Virus record (IMG/VR): IMGVR_UViG_3300033172_000005
DNA from: a virus
DNA length: 41,630 nt
Direction: 5' to 3' (one strand)
Part shown: positions 15,260 through 23,687 of the stretch, piece after piece
Layout of the letters: every line of letters begins with the position of its first letter
How positions within the stretch are numbered: position 1 is the first letter of the stretch
Translations under genes and position numbers: made by a program
The notes under the pieces: generated by a model
What the model was told of the DNA's origin: nothing
Databases searched by the model: none
The model's input: the letters and a program-made list of their open reading frames with translations, nothing else

Positions 15260-16786
15260 TCAGCCGACCGCCGACCGCCGCCGCCAGGCCGCCTCAAGCC
15301 GCGGCGCATACACGTCCACGCCGCCCGATCCGTTGTATTTCGCCGCAATCGTGCGCCAGTCCCTCGCCCGCACCGCCGCCATCAAATCCGCATCCGTCAG
15401 CATGTAGTTGATGAAGGCCACGATCTGCGCCGCCTCGCCGCTCTGCCGGTCCGCAAACGCCGCAAACATCTGCTCAACCGAGCCGTAACCAACCCGCTCA
15501 TGGTTGAAGCCCATGATCTGCGGCCGCCCCATGCTGATCGACCGCAGCGCCGCCCGCCGGTTCACGTTCTCGGCAAAACGGAACGCAGCCCACTCGCCCG
15601 CCTGCCCGCTGTGGATCACCGTCCACGGCTCGCCGGGCACGGCCCGCCAGTACTGCGGCTGTTCCCATGGCCGGCTGTCCGCAATCCGGAAATGCCGCCC
15701 GAACAGCGCATCGTCGCCCAGCTCCGTCTTGAAAATGTGCGCCTCGAACCGGATCACCAGCCGGCCCCCCTCGCCGAACGCCGCGCCGCTCTCCACATCC
15801 AGAATCGCCATCATCACCGCCGGGTCGAGCGCGCCCCCCTGCGGCTGCATCACCGTCGGAATGTGCACCGTGTGCGTCTCCTCTTCCAGCCGCCGCTGCA
15901 ACGCCGCCAGTTCGCCGGCAATCGGAGCCGTGTCGAAGGTCGACCAGATTTTGTCGCGGAAATCGGTCATGTACAGCCGCACGGCAGCCACGTCGTCGCG
16001 CACGCCCCGCGCATACCGCTCCACCTCCGCCACGTATGCCGCCGGCTCGCGCACGCCGATCCAGCCCTGGTGCCCGGCGCGCCGCCCGTTGACCAGCATC
16101 TCCAGACCGAATTCGCCGATCTTCCAGCGCGGCCCGCGCGGCGCCCATTTGTGCCGGAACACATGCCACGGGTTCACGTCCGGGTCGTCGAGGCCCAGAT
16201 CGTTGTAATACTCGTGCACCACCGCATAGTGGTCGCCGCGCACGATGGCGTCGAGCGCCCCGGCCAACGGCGACCAGTCCGGCTCCCCGCTCGCATTGAG
16301 CAGCGCCGGATGTCCCGTGCCCAGGTTCAGCGCCTCGGCCCGCAGCCCGTGTTTGCGCAGCCCCTCGCACGCCGCCGCGGTGTACTCATTGATCTGCGCC
16401 ATCAGGTCGTTGCTGTCCGGCTCGTTGATCAGATGCACCAGCAGCTGTTCGCGTTCCGGTATGCGCGCCCCGCGCCGCCTGGCCTCCGTTTCCATCGCCT
16501 GCACCCGCGCCGCCATCTCCTCGGCATGGCTCACCCCGCACAAATGCGGGTCGCTGCGCAAAAACGCATACACGCCCTGCGGATCCTGCTTCGTGCGCCC
16601 GTCGTCCAACTCCCACCAACGCAGAGCGACCTCCGCCTCCGGCGCCATGGCGTGCGCGTCGATCACGTCCTGCACGTCCGGCTGCAGGATCAGCACGTCA
16701 TACGGACGCACCTGCCGCAGATAGTCCAGGTCGCCCGGCCGATCCGCCTTGTGCGCCGGACCCCAGTACACGCTCAGCCTGGTCAT
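15260..16786 (-). CDS. Two-domain endolysin: an N-terminal clan GH-A-like TIM-barrel glycosidase plus a C-terminal N-acetylmuramidase-like domain.
   Basis: The N-terminal domain carries INEPD and IGEFGLE, the NEP acid/base and EFG nucleophile signatures of clan GH-A. The C-terminal LDVESGAAFGEGGRLVIRFEAHIF...MGRPQIMGFNHERVGY...AAKYNGSG resembles the DUF3380/PF11860 muramidase family. ATG at 16786 overlaps the holin stop (ATGA). Confidence 0.75.
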   Translation of the reverse strand: MTRLSVYWGPAHKADRPGDLDYLRQVRPYDVLILQPDVQDVIDAHAMAPEAEVALRWWELDDGRTKQDPQGVYAFLRSDPHLCGVSHAEEMAARVQAMETEARRRGARIPEREQLLVHLINEPDSNDLMAQINEYTAAACEGLRKHGLRAEALNLGTGHPALLNASGEPDWSPLAGALDAIVRGDHYAVVHEYYNDLGLDDPDVNPWHVFRHKWAPRGPRWKIGEFGLEMLVNGRRAGHQGWIGVREPAAYVAEVERYARGVRDDVAAVRLYMTDFRDKIWSTFDTAPIAGELAALQRRLEEETHTVHIPTVMQPQGGALDPAVMMAILDVESGAAFGEGGRLVIRFEAHIFKTELGDDALFGRHFRIADSRPWEQPQYWRAVPGEPWTVIHSGQAGEWAAFRFAENVNRRAALRSISMGRPQIMGFNHERVGYGSVEQMFAAFADRQSGEAAQIVAFINYMLTDADLMAAVRARDWRTIAAKYNGSGGVDVYAPRLEAAWRRRSAVG

Positions 16787-17088
16787 TCCCGTTCCTTCTC
16801 CATCTCGGCGCGCGCCTCGCGCATCAGCCGCGCCTGCGCCGCCAACGGCAGCGTATCGCCCGGCCGGCTCAGCGGCTCCCCGTCCACATCGCGCGGATTC
16901 GCCAGCGGCGTCACCTGCGCCCTGGCCCACAGCGCCGCCGCAATCGGCGTCACGGCCACAATCGCCGCCAAGATCGCCGCCTGCTGCTCCGCCGTCAGAT
17001 CGATCACGCCCAGACTCACCAACGCCGCCAACACAGCCCCAACCGCGCCCGCAATCGCAGCGGCGCTCAACACAGGTTCCTCGTTCAC
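16783..17088 (-). CDS. Holin candidate (two transmembrane helices, charged C-terminus).
   Basis: LSAAAIAGAVGAVLAALVSLGVI and AAILAAIVAVTPIAAALWA are hydrophobic helices. GTG start behind a GAGGGGG SD. Translationally coupled to the endolysin. Confidence 0.65.
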   Translation of the reverse strand: MNEEPVLSAAAIAGAVGAVLAALVSLGVIDLTAEQQAAILAAIVAVTPIAAALWARAQVTPLANPRDVDGEPLSRPGDTLPLAAQARLMREARAEMEKERE

Positions 17089-17104
17089 GGCAGCCCCCTC
17101 ATCT

Positions 17105-17341
17105 CTATTCGTCAGACCGGCGGCACAACTTGTCGATTGCCTGCTGCAGCCCGTTCATCGCCCGCGCGTTTTCCTCCAGCACCTGGATCATGCGCATCTT
17201 GTCCTCGCGCGTGTCCTGCGAATACATCTGCTCCCGGCGCATCGCGTCCTGATACGTCCGGTTGAGCGTGTATAATGCCAGCGCCGCAATGCCTGCGATC
17301 CCCGCCTGTCCGATAAGCCACTCGATAAATTGCGTCTCCAT
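17105..17341 (-). CDS. Small membrane protein with a coiled-coil tail (holin, antiholin or lysis-accessory candidate).
   Basis: METQFIEWLIGQAGIAGIAALALYTL forms a transmembrane helix followed by a charged helix. A GGAG SD precedes the ATG at 17341. Confidence 0.6.
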   Translation of the reverse strand: METQFIEWLIGQAGIAGIAALALYTLNRTYQDAMRREQMYSQDTREDKMRMIQVLEENARAMNGLQQAIDKLCRRSDE

Positions 17342-17363
17342 CACGCTCCGCACCCGTCGCTCA

Positions 17364-18323
17364 CTATTCGACCCCCACCCACGGCAGCCACGCCTGCACC
17401 GGCGCGGTCGCCCTCCACGCATTCACCCGTCCATCGCCGCAGCGGTCGTCGCGCCCCGGCTCTCCGCAATCGTCTGCGCTCGCACGCAGCAGCGCCGCCA
17501 CGCCCTCCGCTGTCAACTCAGGCCGCGCCGCCCACACGAGCGCCGCTGCGCCCGCCGCGTGCGCCGCCGCCATCGACGTGCCGCTGCGGATCGCATAGCC
17601 GCCCGGCGCCGCGCTCCAAATCTCCACCGCCGGCGCAGCCACGGCGATGTGCGGCCCGTAGTCGCTGCGCCAGTAGACGCCGTCCACATAATCCGTGCCC
17701 GATACGGCATAGGCGTACGCCGCCGGGTAGAACGGGGCGCCACAGCCGCCGTTGCCCGCCGCCGCCACGACCAGCGCCCCCCGCTCCTGCGCATAGACGA
17801 CCGCCTCGCGCAGCGCCCCGCCGGCGAAGTACGCGCCGGACGCAATCAGAATCACCTGCGCCCCCGCATCCGCGGCGTACACGATGCCGTCGATCAGCGC
17901 GCTGTACGTGCCATAGCACTCATCCGCCATCGCCTTGACCGGCAGGAGCATCGCCCCCGGCGCAACAGCCGCCACGATGCCCGCCAAATGCGTGCCGTGC
18001 CCGCACACGTCGCCCGTGTCGCCGCCGTCCCACACGTTGCGCCCCGGCAATACGCGCCCCGCCAGATCCGGGTGCGCAGCGTCGACGCCCGAATCGACCA
18101 CGGCGACGACAACGCCCGCCCCGTCGGCCATCGCCCACGCCTGCGGGACGCCCACGCGCGCCGCGCCCCACTGCTCAGCGCCGTCCGCGGCGTATACCCG
18201 CGCCGGCTCGACAGCCGGATAGGTCGTCACGTCAATCGCCGGATAGGTCGGCGTGTCGCCGGCGAGGACCCGCACCGGCAGCAGCGCCAACAGCAGCGCA
18301 ATCGCCGCAGCCCTAAACGACAT
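17364..18323 (-). CDS. Secreted subtilisin-like serine protease (peptidase S8).
   Basis: Signal peptide MSFRAAAIALLLALLPVRVLA. The catalytic D (VAVVDSGVD), H (HGTHLAGIV), oxyanion N (AAAGNGG) and S (GTSMAAAHAAG) occur in S8 order. A GAGGTGA SD is present. Confidence 0.85.
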   Translation of the reverse strand: MSFRAAAIALLLALLPVRVLAGDTPTYPAIDVTTYPAVEPARVYAADGAEQWGAARVGVPQAWAMADGAGVVVAVVDSGVDAAHPDLAGRVLPGRNVWDGGDTGDVCGHGTHLAGIVAAVAPGAMLLPVKAMADECYGTYSALIDGIVYAADAGAQVILIASGAYFAGGALREAVVYAQERGALVVAAAGNGGCGAPFYPAAYAYAVSGTDYVDGVYWRSDYGPHIAVAAPAVEIWSAAPGGYAIRSGTSMAAAHAAGAAALVWAARPELTAEGVAALLRASADDCGEPGRDDRCGDGRVNAWRATAPVQAWLPWVGVE

Positions 18324-18326
18324 CGT

Positions 18327-18692
18327 TCACCTCGTCACCAACGGAAGCCATGTCACCTCACGCGGCTCGAACATCCGCTCGTACAGCCGCCTCGCCATCG
18401 GCGGGTACAGCGTCACGTCGCCCATGCTGTACGACGCGCCCCCCGCCCAAATCTCGTCGTGATTCCAGCGCCCCGCCGCCTGCACCCACATGCCCGGCCA
18501 CACGCCGTCGCCGTGGCGGTATACGCGCATCAGCTCGCGAAACGGACGCCAGCGCGGGCGATGCACCAGGTCGCTCTGCGCAATCATCATGTCGATCAGA
18601 TACGCGCTCATGGCGTCCGTCTGAAACAGAAACCACCACACATGCGCCGCCTCGTGCACCGCCGCCTCGTGCTGCGCCGTATACAGCACCAT
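18327..18692 (-). CDS. Small HExxH-motif protein (121 aa). Putative Zn-metallopeptidase-like protein of unknown family.
   Basis: N-terminus reads MVLYTAQHEAAVHEAAHVWWF, with HEAAH forming HExxH. Lies 4 nt upstream of the S8 gene. No clear SD. Confidence 0.5.
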   Translation of the reverse strand: MVLYTAQHEAAVHEAAHVWWFLFQTDAMSAYLIDMMIAQSDLVHRPRWRPFRELMRVYRHGDGVWPGMWVQAAGRWNHDEIWAGGASYSMGDVTLYPPMARRLYERMFEPREVTWLPLVTR

Positions 18693-18764
18693 GCGCCAGC
18701 ACAGCGTCCGCCGCCTCAGGCCGGTAGCGATAGCGCAGCAATACGTCGCGCAACCACGAATGGG

Positions 18765-19142
18765 TCACGGCTCCGGCTCCTCGGCGGGGAACCCGCTCAG
18801 CGTCCCCTCGCCCTGCACCTCCCAGCACAGAACAACCTGCTCGTGTCGCCGCCCGTCCGGGTCCAACACGCTCTCGATCTCCAGCGTGCGCCCCTCCCAC
18901 ACCAGCCGGTGGCTCACCGGACTCAACCCCGAAAAAAAGCGCATGCGCACCTGGTACGGCGCACGCGCCTGCAAAATCTCCGCGCCGGCCGCCATCTTCT
19001 CACGCGCCGTCGCCATCATCGGCCGCACCTCGGCCCACACCGTCTGCGCATCATCCCAGGCCGGCGCTTCCTCGCCGAAACTGTTCGCCGTCCTCGTCGA
19101 CGCCTGGATCGTCACCCGCTCGCGCAGCCGTCCCGCTCGCAT
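18765..19142 (-). CDS. Head-tail adaptor or head closure protein (HK97 gp9/SPP1 gp16-like).
   Basis: MRAGRLRERVTIQ...NSFGE...W..VWAEV...YQVRMRF...RLVWEGRTLEIESV matches the family pattern. Confidence 0.8.
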   Translation of the reverse strand: MRAGRLRERVTIQASTRTANSFGEEAPAWDDAQTVWAEVRPMMATAREKMAAGAEILQARAPYQVRMRFFSGLSPVSHRLVWEGRTLEIESVLDPDGRRHEQVVLCWEVQGEGTLSGFPAEEPEP

Positions 19143-19150
19143 CTATCCCC

Positions 19151-19738
19151 CTAGTACCAGCAGCGATGCATCCACATCAGACTGTGCGCCGCAACCGGCG
19201 TCTGCACAGTCACCACGCCCGGCGCAATCGTCGATTCCTCGCGGTTCTCGTAATAGTGCGCCGCCAAGAAGCGGATCGCGTGCTTCGCCCACTCCGGCAC
19301 AGCCGCCGCCGCCCCGTACCCTGCCACGAAGCGCACCGTAATCGGGTTCGTCGGCGTCAGCGTGTCGCTCGGCCAACTGCACCCGTACGCCAGCCGGATC
19401 CGCCCCGGCTCGCTGTGGATGTCCACGTCGTACTGGTCCGTTGCCAGCGTGTGTTGCACTCCGTCCGAATCCGTATACGTGACGTGCGTCACGCTCTGCA
19501 GCGGAGGTCTCGGCAGACGGATGGCGCTCCCCGCCGGCCACGCCGGCAAATACAGATCCCACGTCTGCGTCACCAGCGCCCGCCGCGTGAACCCCTCCAC
19601 GAACTGCCGCGCCGCCGTCAGGTACGCCCCGATCAGCGTGTCGTCCGTCGTGATGTCGATGCGCGCGTGCGACTTGAACTCCGCCACGCTCAGCGGCTCC
19701 TCAACCGGACCCGTCGCCAGCGTCCACTCGCCGTCCAT
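19151..19738 (-). CDS. Head-tail connector (gp6-like).
   Basis: PLSVAEFKSHARIDITTDDTLIGAYLTAARQFVEGFTRRALVTQTW matches the gp6-like head-tail connector pattern. Confidence 0.8.
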   Translation of the reverse strand: MDGEWTLATGPVEEPLSVAEFKSHARIDITTDDTLIGAYLTAARQFVEGFTRRALVTQTWDLYLPAWPAGSAIRLPRPPLQSVTHVTYTDSDGVQHTLATDQYDVDIHSEPGRIRLAYGCSWPSDTLTPTNPITVRFVAGYGAAAAVPEWAKHAIRFLAAHYYENREESTIAPGVVTVQTPVAAHSLMWMHRCWY

Positions 19739-19741
19739 GTC

Positions 19742-19975
19742 CTACAGCGCCCCCCCGGTCGACCGCCTGCGCGGCTTGCGCTTCGCCTTGGCCGGCTGCT
19801 CAGGTTCCGGCTCAGGTTCCGGCTGGGGCTCCGGCTCCGCCGCATCCTCTACAATCTCGCCCCAGCCGCCCGCAACCAGCCGCTCCGCCAACTCGTCGCT
19901 CACCCGTATGACCATGCCCGCCGGCGTCACCCCCTCCGGCCCCGCGCCCAGCGTCCGCATCCGCACGCGCTTCAT
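19742..19975 (-). CDS. Small protein with a PE-repeat and a basic tail (78 aa).
   Basis: ATG at 19975 (MKRVRM) lies directly after the upstream stop. Contains EPEPQPEPEPEPEQPAKAKRKPRRR. Confidence 0.5.
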   Translation of the reverse strand: MKRVRMRTLGAGPEGVTPAGMVIRVSDELAERLVAGGWGEIVEDAAEPEPQPEPEPEPEQPAKAKRKPRRRSTGGAL

Positions 19976-19977
19976 GT

Positions 19978-20340
19978 CTATTGCCCCTTCACCGCCAGCG
20001 TCAGCGTCCGCGTCGCATCCTGATTCACCGCGCTCGCCGCCGTGCCGCTGCGCACCTTCAGCCAGCGCACGCCCTCGAAGTTGGCGCCGGCGTCGAACAC
20101 GATGTAGCGGCTCGCCGCCGCCGAACCGCCCACCTCGTTGCCGCCGTCGTCGTACAGGTCGGCGTACGTCTCCCCATCCGCGCTCGCCTGGAACGTCAGC
20201 CCCGCCGCCGTCCACGCGCTCGGCATCTGGATCCCGACCAGCCGGCCCCCCATCAGGTCAACCGCTGCGCTCAGACTGGCCGTCCCCAAAATCGTCGCCG
20301 TCACTGTCTGCAGAGCCGGCTGGTACGTGATCCCCATCAT
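19978..20340 (-). CDS. Hypothetical head-associated protein (120 aa).
   Basis: ATG start, tight spacing, lies between the capsid and connector genes. Confidence 0.6.
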   Translation of the reverse strand: MMGITYQPALQTVTATILGTASLSAAVDLMGGRLVGIQMPSAWTAAGLTFQASADGETYADLYDDGGNEVGGSAAASRYIVFDAGANFEGVRWLKVRSGTAASAVNQDATRTLTLAVKGQ

Positions 20341-20347
20341 CCGCTCC

Positions 20348-20962
20348 TTACACCGACGCGCTGAACGGCGTCGCCTCGCTACCCGTCGCCGCGCCCGTCA
20401 CATGCACCCACCATTTGCCGGCCGCCACGTCGATCAGCTCCGCACGAGCGCCCGCCAGGCCGCCCTGCGTCGACCCGTCCCAGTTGATCCGGTCCGAATC
20501 GGCCGCCGTCTCGAAACCGACCACGCTGTCGCCGCCGTCCGCCGCCATCAGCGCCACGCCCTGCATCACGTCCGCCGTGCCGGCCACGCTGATCGTCGTG
20601 CTGCCGCTGCCGATAGGCGCCGTCTGCAACAGCGTGAAGTGCGCGCCGGTCCCCGTCGCCGCCGGCAACGTCACCGCCACGCCCACCGTGCCGCTCAATG
20701 CCACGATGCGCCCGTCGTGCGCATCCGCCGTCAGCGCCAGCGCCGCCGTCCCGCCGTGGTTCACCACCCGGCCCGACATGTCAGCCGCCCGGTTGATCTC
20801 ATCCGCCGTCGCCGTGATCGCAACGCCCGCCAACTTCAGCGCGCCGCCGCTCTCGACGTCCAGTTCGCCGCCGCTCTCGATGTCCAGTTGGCTGCCCGAT
20901 TGCACCACCAGGCGCAGCGAGCCCTGCTCTCGATATACACCCGCGTTGTAGCTCATCCTCAT
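20348..20962 (-). CDS. Hypothetical head-associated protein (decoration or fibre candidate, 204 aa).
   Basis: G/T/A-rich with the tandem octapeptide QLDIESGG/ELDVESGG, encoded by 24-bp tandem copies at 20842..20889. The ATG at 20956 has better SD spacing than the one at 20962. Confidence 0.6.
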   Translation of the reverse strand: MRMSYNAGVYREQGSLRLVVQSGSQLDIESGGELDVESGGALKLAGVAITATADEINRAADMSGRVVNHGGTAALALTADAHDGRIVALSGTVGVAVTLPAATGTGAHFTLLQTAPIGSGSTTISVAGTADVMQGVALMAADGGDSVVGFETAADSDRINWDGSTQGGLAGARAELIDVAAGKWWVHVTGAATGSEATPFSASV

Positions 20963-21025
20963 CTCCTCGCCCGCCGCCGGTCACGGCCCGAGCCGCACCC
21001 GGACCGTAACCGGCGACTCATCTCA

Positions 21026-21475
21026 CTACGCCTCGCTCGGGCTGATCACGAGCTCATCGTCGGCCACGCTCGCCGTCCCCTGCGTCAACGGCAGGCTGCG
21101 CGCGCCGTAGCGGATCGCAATCGTGTCGCCGAACGCAATGTTCGCAACCGCGCTGGTCAACACGCCCTGCACATACCGCTCCAGCGGCTTGTACACGTCC
21201 ACGATCAGCAGCCGGTCGTTCAGGTCGTCGTTCGCCGCCGAGGTCACCACCGCGCTCCCGCCGGCCACCGCCGCCATGCCGCTGTCGCTGTTGATCGTGT
21301 TCTGCTCCACCGTCAGCGCCGCAACGCCCGTCTGCGCCGAGTCCGTGATCGGCGTAATGAATACCACGCCCTCGAACCCGCTCATGTCCAGGATCTCGCT
21401 GTTATCGTCCGTGCTGCTCGCCGCCGCAATCGGCGAGTTCACATGGTCGATTTTCACACTCGTCAAGAAGTTCAT
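21026..21475 (-). CDS. Hypothetical head-associated protein (149 aa).
   Basis: ATG-initiated ORF directly downstream of the major capsid gene. Confidence 0.6.
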   Translation of the reverse strand: MNFLTSVKIDHVNSPIAAASSTDDNSEILDMSGFEGVVFITPITDSAQTGVAALTVEQNTINSDSGMAAVAGGSAVVTSAANDDLNDRLLIVDVYKPLERYVQGVLTSAVANIAFGDTIAIRYGARSLPLTQGTASVADDELVISPSEA

Positions 21476-21515
21476 CTCTCATCCCCCATCATTCACGCGT
21501 CGCCCCCGGCGCGTT

Positions 21516-22802
21516 CTAGCCCAACTTCACCCGCACGAACGCCTCTTCCAACACAGGCATGCCGTCGCTCTCCAGCCTGCCGATCAGCCCAACCTGGTTG
21601 GTCTCCGCATACAGCTCGACCAGCCGCTGCACCGACATGCTCAGCGCATCCGCAATCCAGTAGTGGCTGAAGTCGCCCAGGATCGCCACGTATTGCCCGG
21701 TCGTGAACGTGTTCGGGGCATGCTCGCTGGCGTAGGCCGGGAACCCGAGCAGCATGTCCGGCTCGCCCGCCATCACGCTCTGCCGCCAGATATATTGCCC
21801 CTCGCCGTCCTTGATCTTGGCGACCTGTTTGTAGAAGTCGCCGTGCGCCAGCCAGCGCGCCTGCAGCTTGTACGCGTCGTTCAGCGCAAAGCGCGCGTTG
21901 ATCAGCCCGTCGAACGTCACCGCCGAGTCCGTGTTGTCCTCGCTCACGTCGCGGCCCGTGGAAATTCCAAGGTCGCTCGCCGTAAATACGCCCAGCGGCT
22001 GATTGCTGCCGCTGCCGGTCAGCGCCGCCTTCTCCCACGTGATGCCGAATTTGTACGCCAGCCGGCTGCGCACCAGCGACTCGCTGTCGGGAACCTGCCT
22101 CAGCAATTTGTTGCTGACCTTGATGCGCTTCGCCACCGGGTGCGGCGTCAGCGCCCGGCGCCCGAAACTCATATTCGTGTCTTCGGTCCCCGTCCCCAGC
22201 TCCGCCGTCCAGTCCGCATCCGCCGGGTCGCTCTCCAGCGTCGGCACGCCCAGGCTCGCCGCGTTCGGCACGGAGAACACCGTCGCCCACTGGCGGATGT
22301 ACACCGCGTTGTCGACCGCCTGGATCAACCGGTCCACGAACTGCATCGGCGTCACCAGATACCCGCCGCCGGCGTCGCTGTCCGCCTGCAACACAGCCCG
22401 CGACGCAATCCCATCGCGCAGATACTCGCCGAATGCCTGGCGATACTCCGGCGTCGCCCTCTGCATCGCCTCGCGCCATGCCGGCGTCGCCCGCTCCGTT
22501 GCGCTCAGCGCCTGCAGCCCGCGGCTCATAAACTCGACCGCCGGCGTCACGGCCCGGCTTACCTGCTCCATCGCATGCGCACGCCGCGGCTCGGGCTCTT
22601 CCAGGTCCTCTTCCAACTCGGCCATGCGCTCCATGCGCTCATACCGAGCGCGCAGCTCCTCCGCCTTCGCCATCAGGCGGTCGTACTGCTCCTGCTCTTC
22701 CGCCGTCATATCTCGGTCGAGCGCCTCTGCCGCCTCGTGCAGCGCCCGCGCCTGTGCGATCAACTGCGCCCGCTCGCCCTTCAACTCCGCAATCGTCTTC
22801 AT
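21516..22802 (-). CDS. Major capsid protein, HK97 family, with an N-terminal delta (scaffold) domain.
   Basis: The coiled N-terminus (AELKGERAQLIAQARALHEAAE...) is followed by GGYLVTPMQFVDRLIQAVDNAVYIRQWATV...GRRALTPHPVAKRIKVSNKLL, which resembles HK97-type capsids. Confidence 0.9.
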   Translation of the reverse strand: MKTIAELKGERAQLIAQARALHEAAEALDRDMTAEEQEQYDRLMAKAEELRARYERMERMAELEEDLEEPEPRRAHAMEQVSRAVTPAVEFMSRGLQALSATERATPAWREAMQRATPEYRQAFGEYLRDGIASRAVLQADSDAGGGYLVTPMQFVDRLIQAVDNAVYIRQWATVFSVPNAASLGVPTLESDPADADWTAELGTGTEDTNMSFGRRALTPHPVAKRIKVSNKLLRQVPDSESLVRSRLAYKFGITWEKAALTGSGSNQPLGVFTASDLGISTGRDVSEDNTDSAVTFDGLINARFALNDAYKLQARWLAHGDFYKQVAKIKDGEGQYIWRQSVMAGEPDMLLGFPAYASEHAPNTFTTGQYVAILGDFSHYWIADALSMSVQRLVELYAETNQVGLIGRLESDGMPVLEEAFVRVKLG

Positions 22803-22826
22803 CTCACCCTCACCTGTTCGTTCCCG

Positions 22827-23687
22827 TTACTCCAACTCAGCCAGTTGCAGGCCCCGCGCCCTGCGCCGCGCCCGCTCCATCTTCAACCGATCCGCCTCTG
22901 CCTCATCCCCATCCGTCTCAGACCACCCCGGCCACGTCCGCATAGCCGCCGGCAGGCTCACCCGATACCGCTCCTCCAAGGCCGCCAGCAGTTTCGGCGT
23001 CAACTGTCCCTCCGCCGCCATCCGCTCCGCCTTCAGAATCGCCGCCCCGGGCGTCGCCCCGTCGTATACCGCCGACACCTCCGCCAGCCGCGCGTCCCGG
23101 ATCTCCACCGTCGCCAGTTGGGTCCGCACTACGCCGTCCTCTTCCCGCTCATACTCCAGCCCCGCAAAATGCGGGCATTCAAAACTCAGATAATTGCGGC
23201 CGCAGATGTCGCACACCCAGCGCCCGCCATAGAACCCCACCGACACGTCGTGCACGATCCCGCTGCGCACGCCGGCGATGAAATCGTTTGTGTTCACGCC
23301 CGCCAGCCGCAGCCCCGCCAGCGTGAAAAAATCGGCCTCGACGACCGTTTCCTCGCCGCTCTCTCGCACCTCGCCCGTCAGCGACCGGCCCAGCGGCATC
23401 TCGTGCCAGCGATGCGAGTTCTGGAACGACACGCCCTCCGCCGCCGCCCGCGCGAAATTCGCCAGCGTGCTCGCCGCCATGTGCGTGTAGTACGCATCCA
23501 GCCGCGACGAGCTGATCTCCGCCCGCCAGAAAAACGGGTCCGACTCGTCGAACACCGCCGGGTCATACGCGCTCTGCTCCCGCGCCATCTGCAACAGCGC
23601 CTCCGCCCGTTCGCCCCGCACGGCCGCCGCCCGCGCCGCATGCGCATGCACCACCCGCTCAGTCTCCATCTGACTATTGCTCCTCAT
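22827..23687 (-). CDS. Prohead maturation protease (HK97/S78-like) with a Cys-rich insertion.
   Basis: FQNSHRWHEMPLG and DVSVGFYGG are His- and Ser-containing motifs. Lies between portal and capsid. An alternative start ATG at 23669 (METERV) sits behind an AGGAG SD. Confidence 0.7.
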   Translation of the reverse strand: MRSNSQMETERVVHAHAARAAAVRGERAEALLQMAREQSAYDPAVFDESDPFFWRAEISSSRLDAYYTHMAASTLANFARAAAEGVSFQNSHRWHEMPLGRSLTGEVRESGEETVVEADFFTLAGLRLAGVNTNDFIAGVRSGIVHDVSVGFYGGRWVCDICGRNYLSFECPHFAGLEYEREEDGVVRTQLATVEIRDARLAEVSAVYDGATPGAAILKAERMAAEGQLTPKLLAALEERYRVSLPAAMRTWPGWSETDGDEAEADRLKMERARRRARGLQLAELE

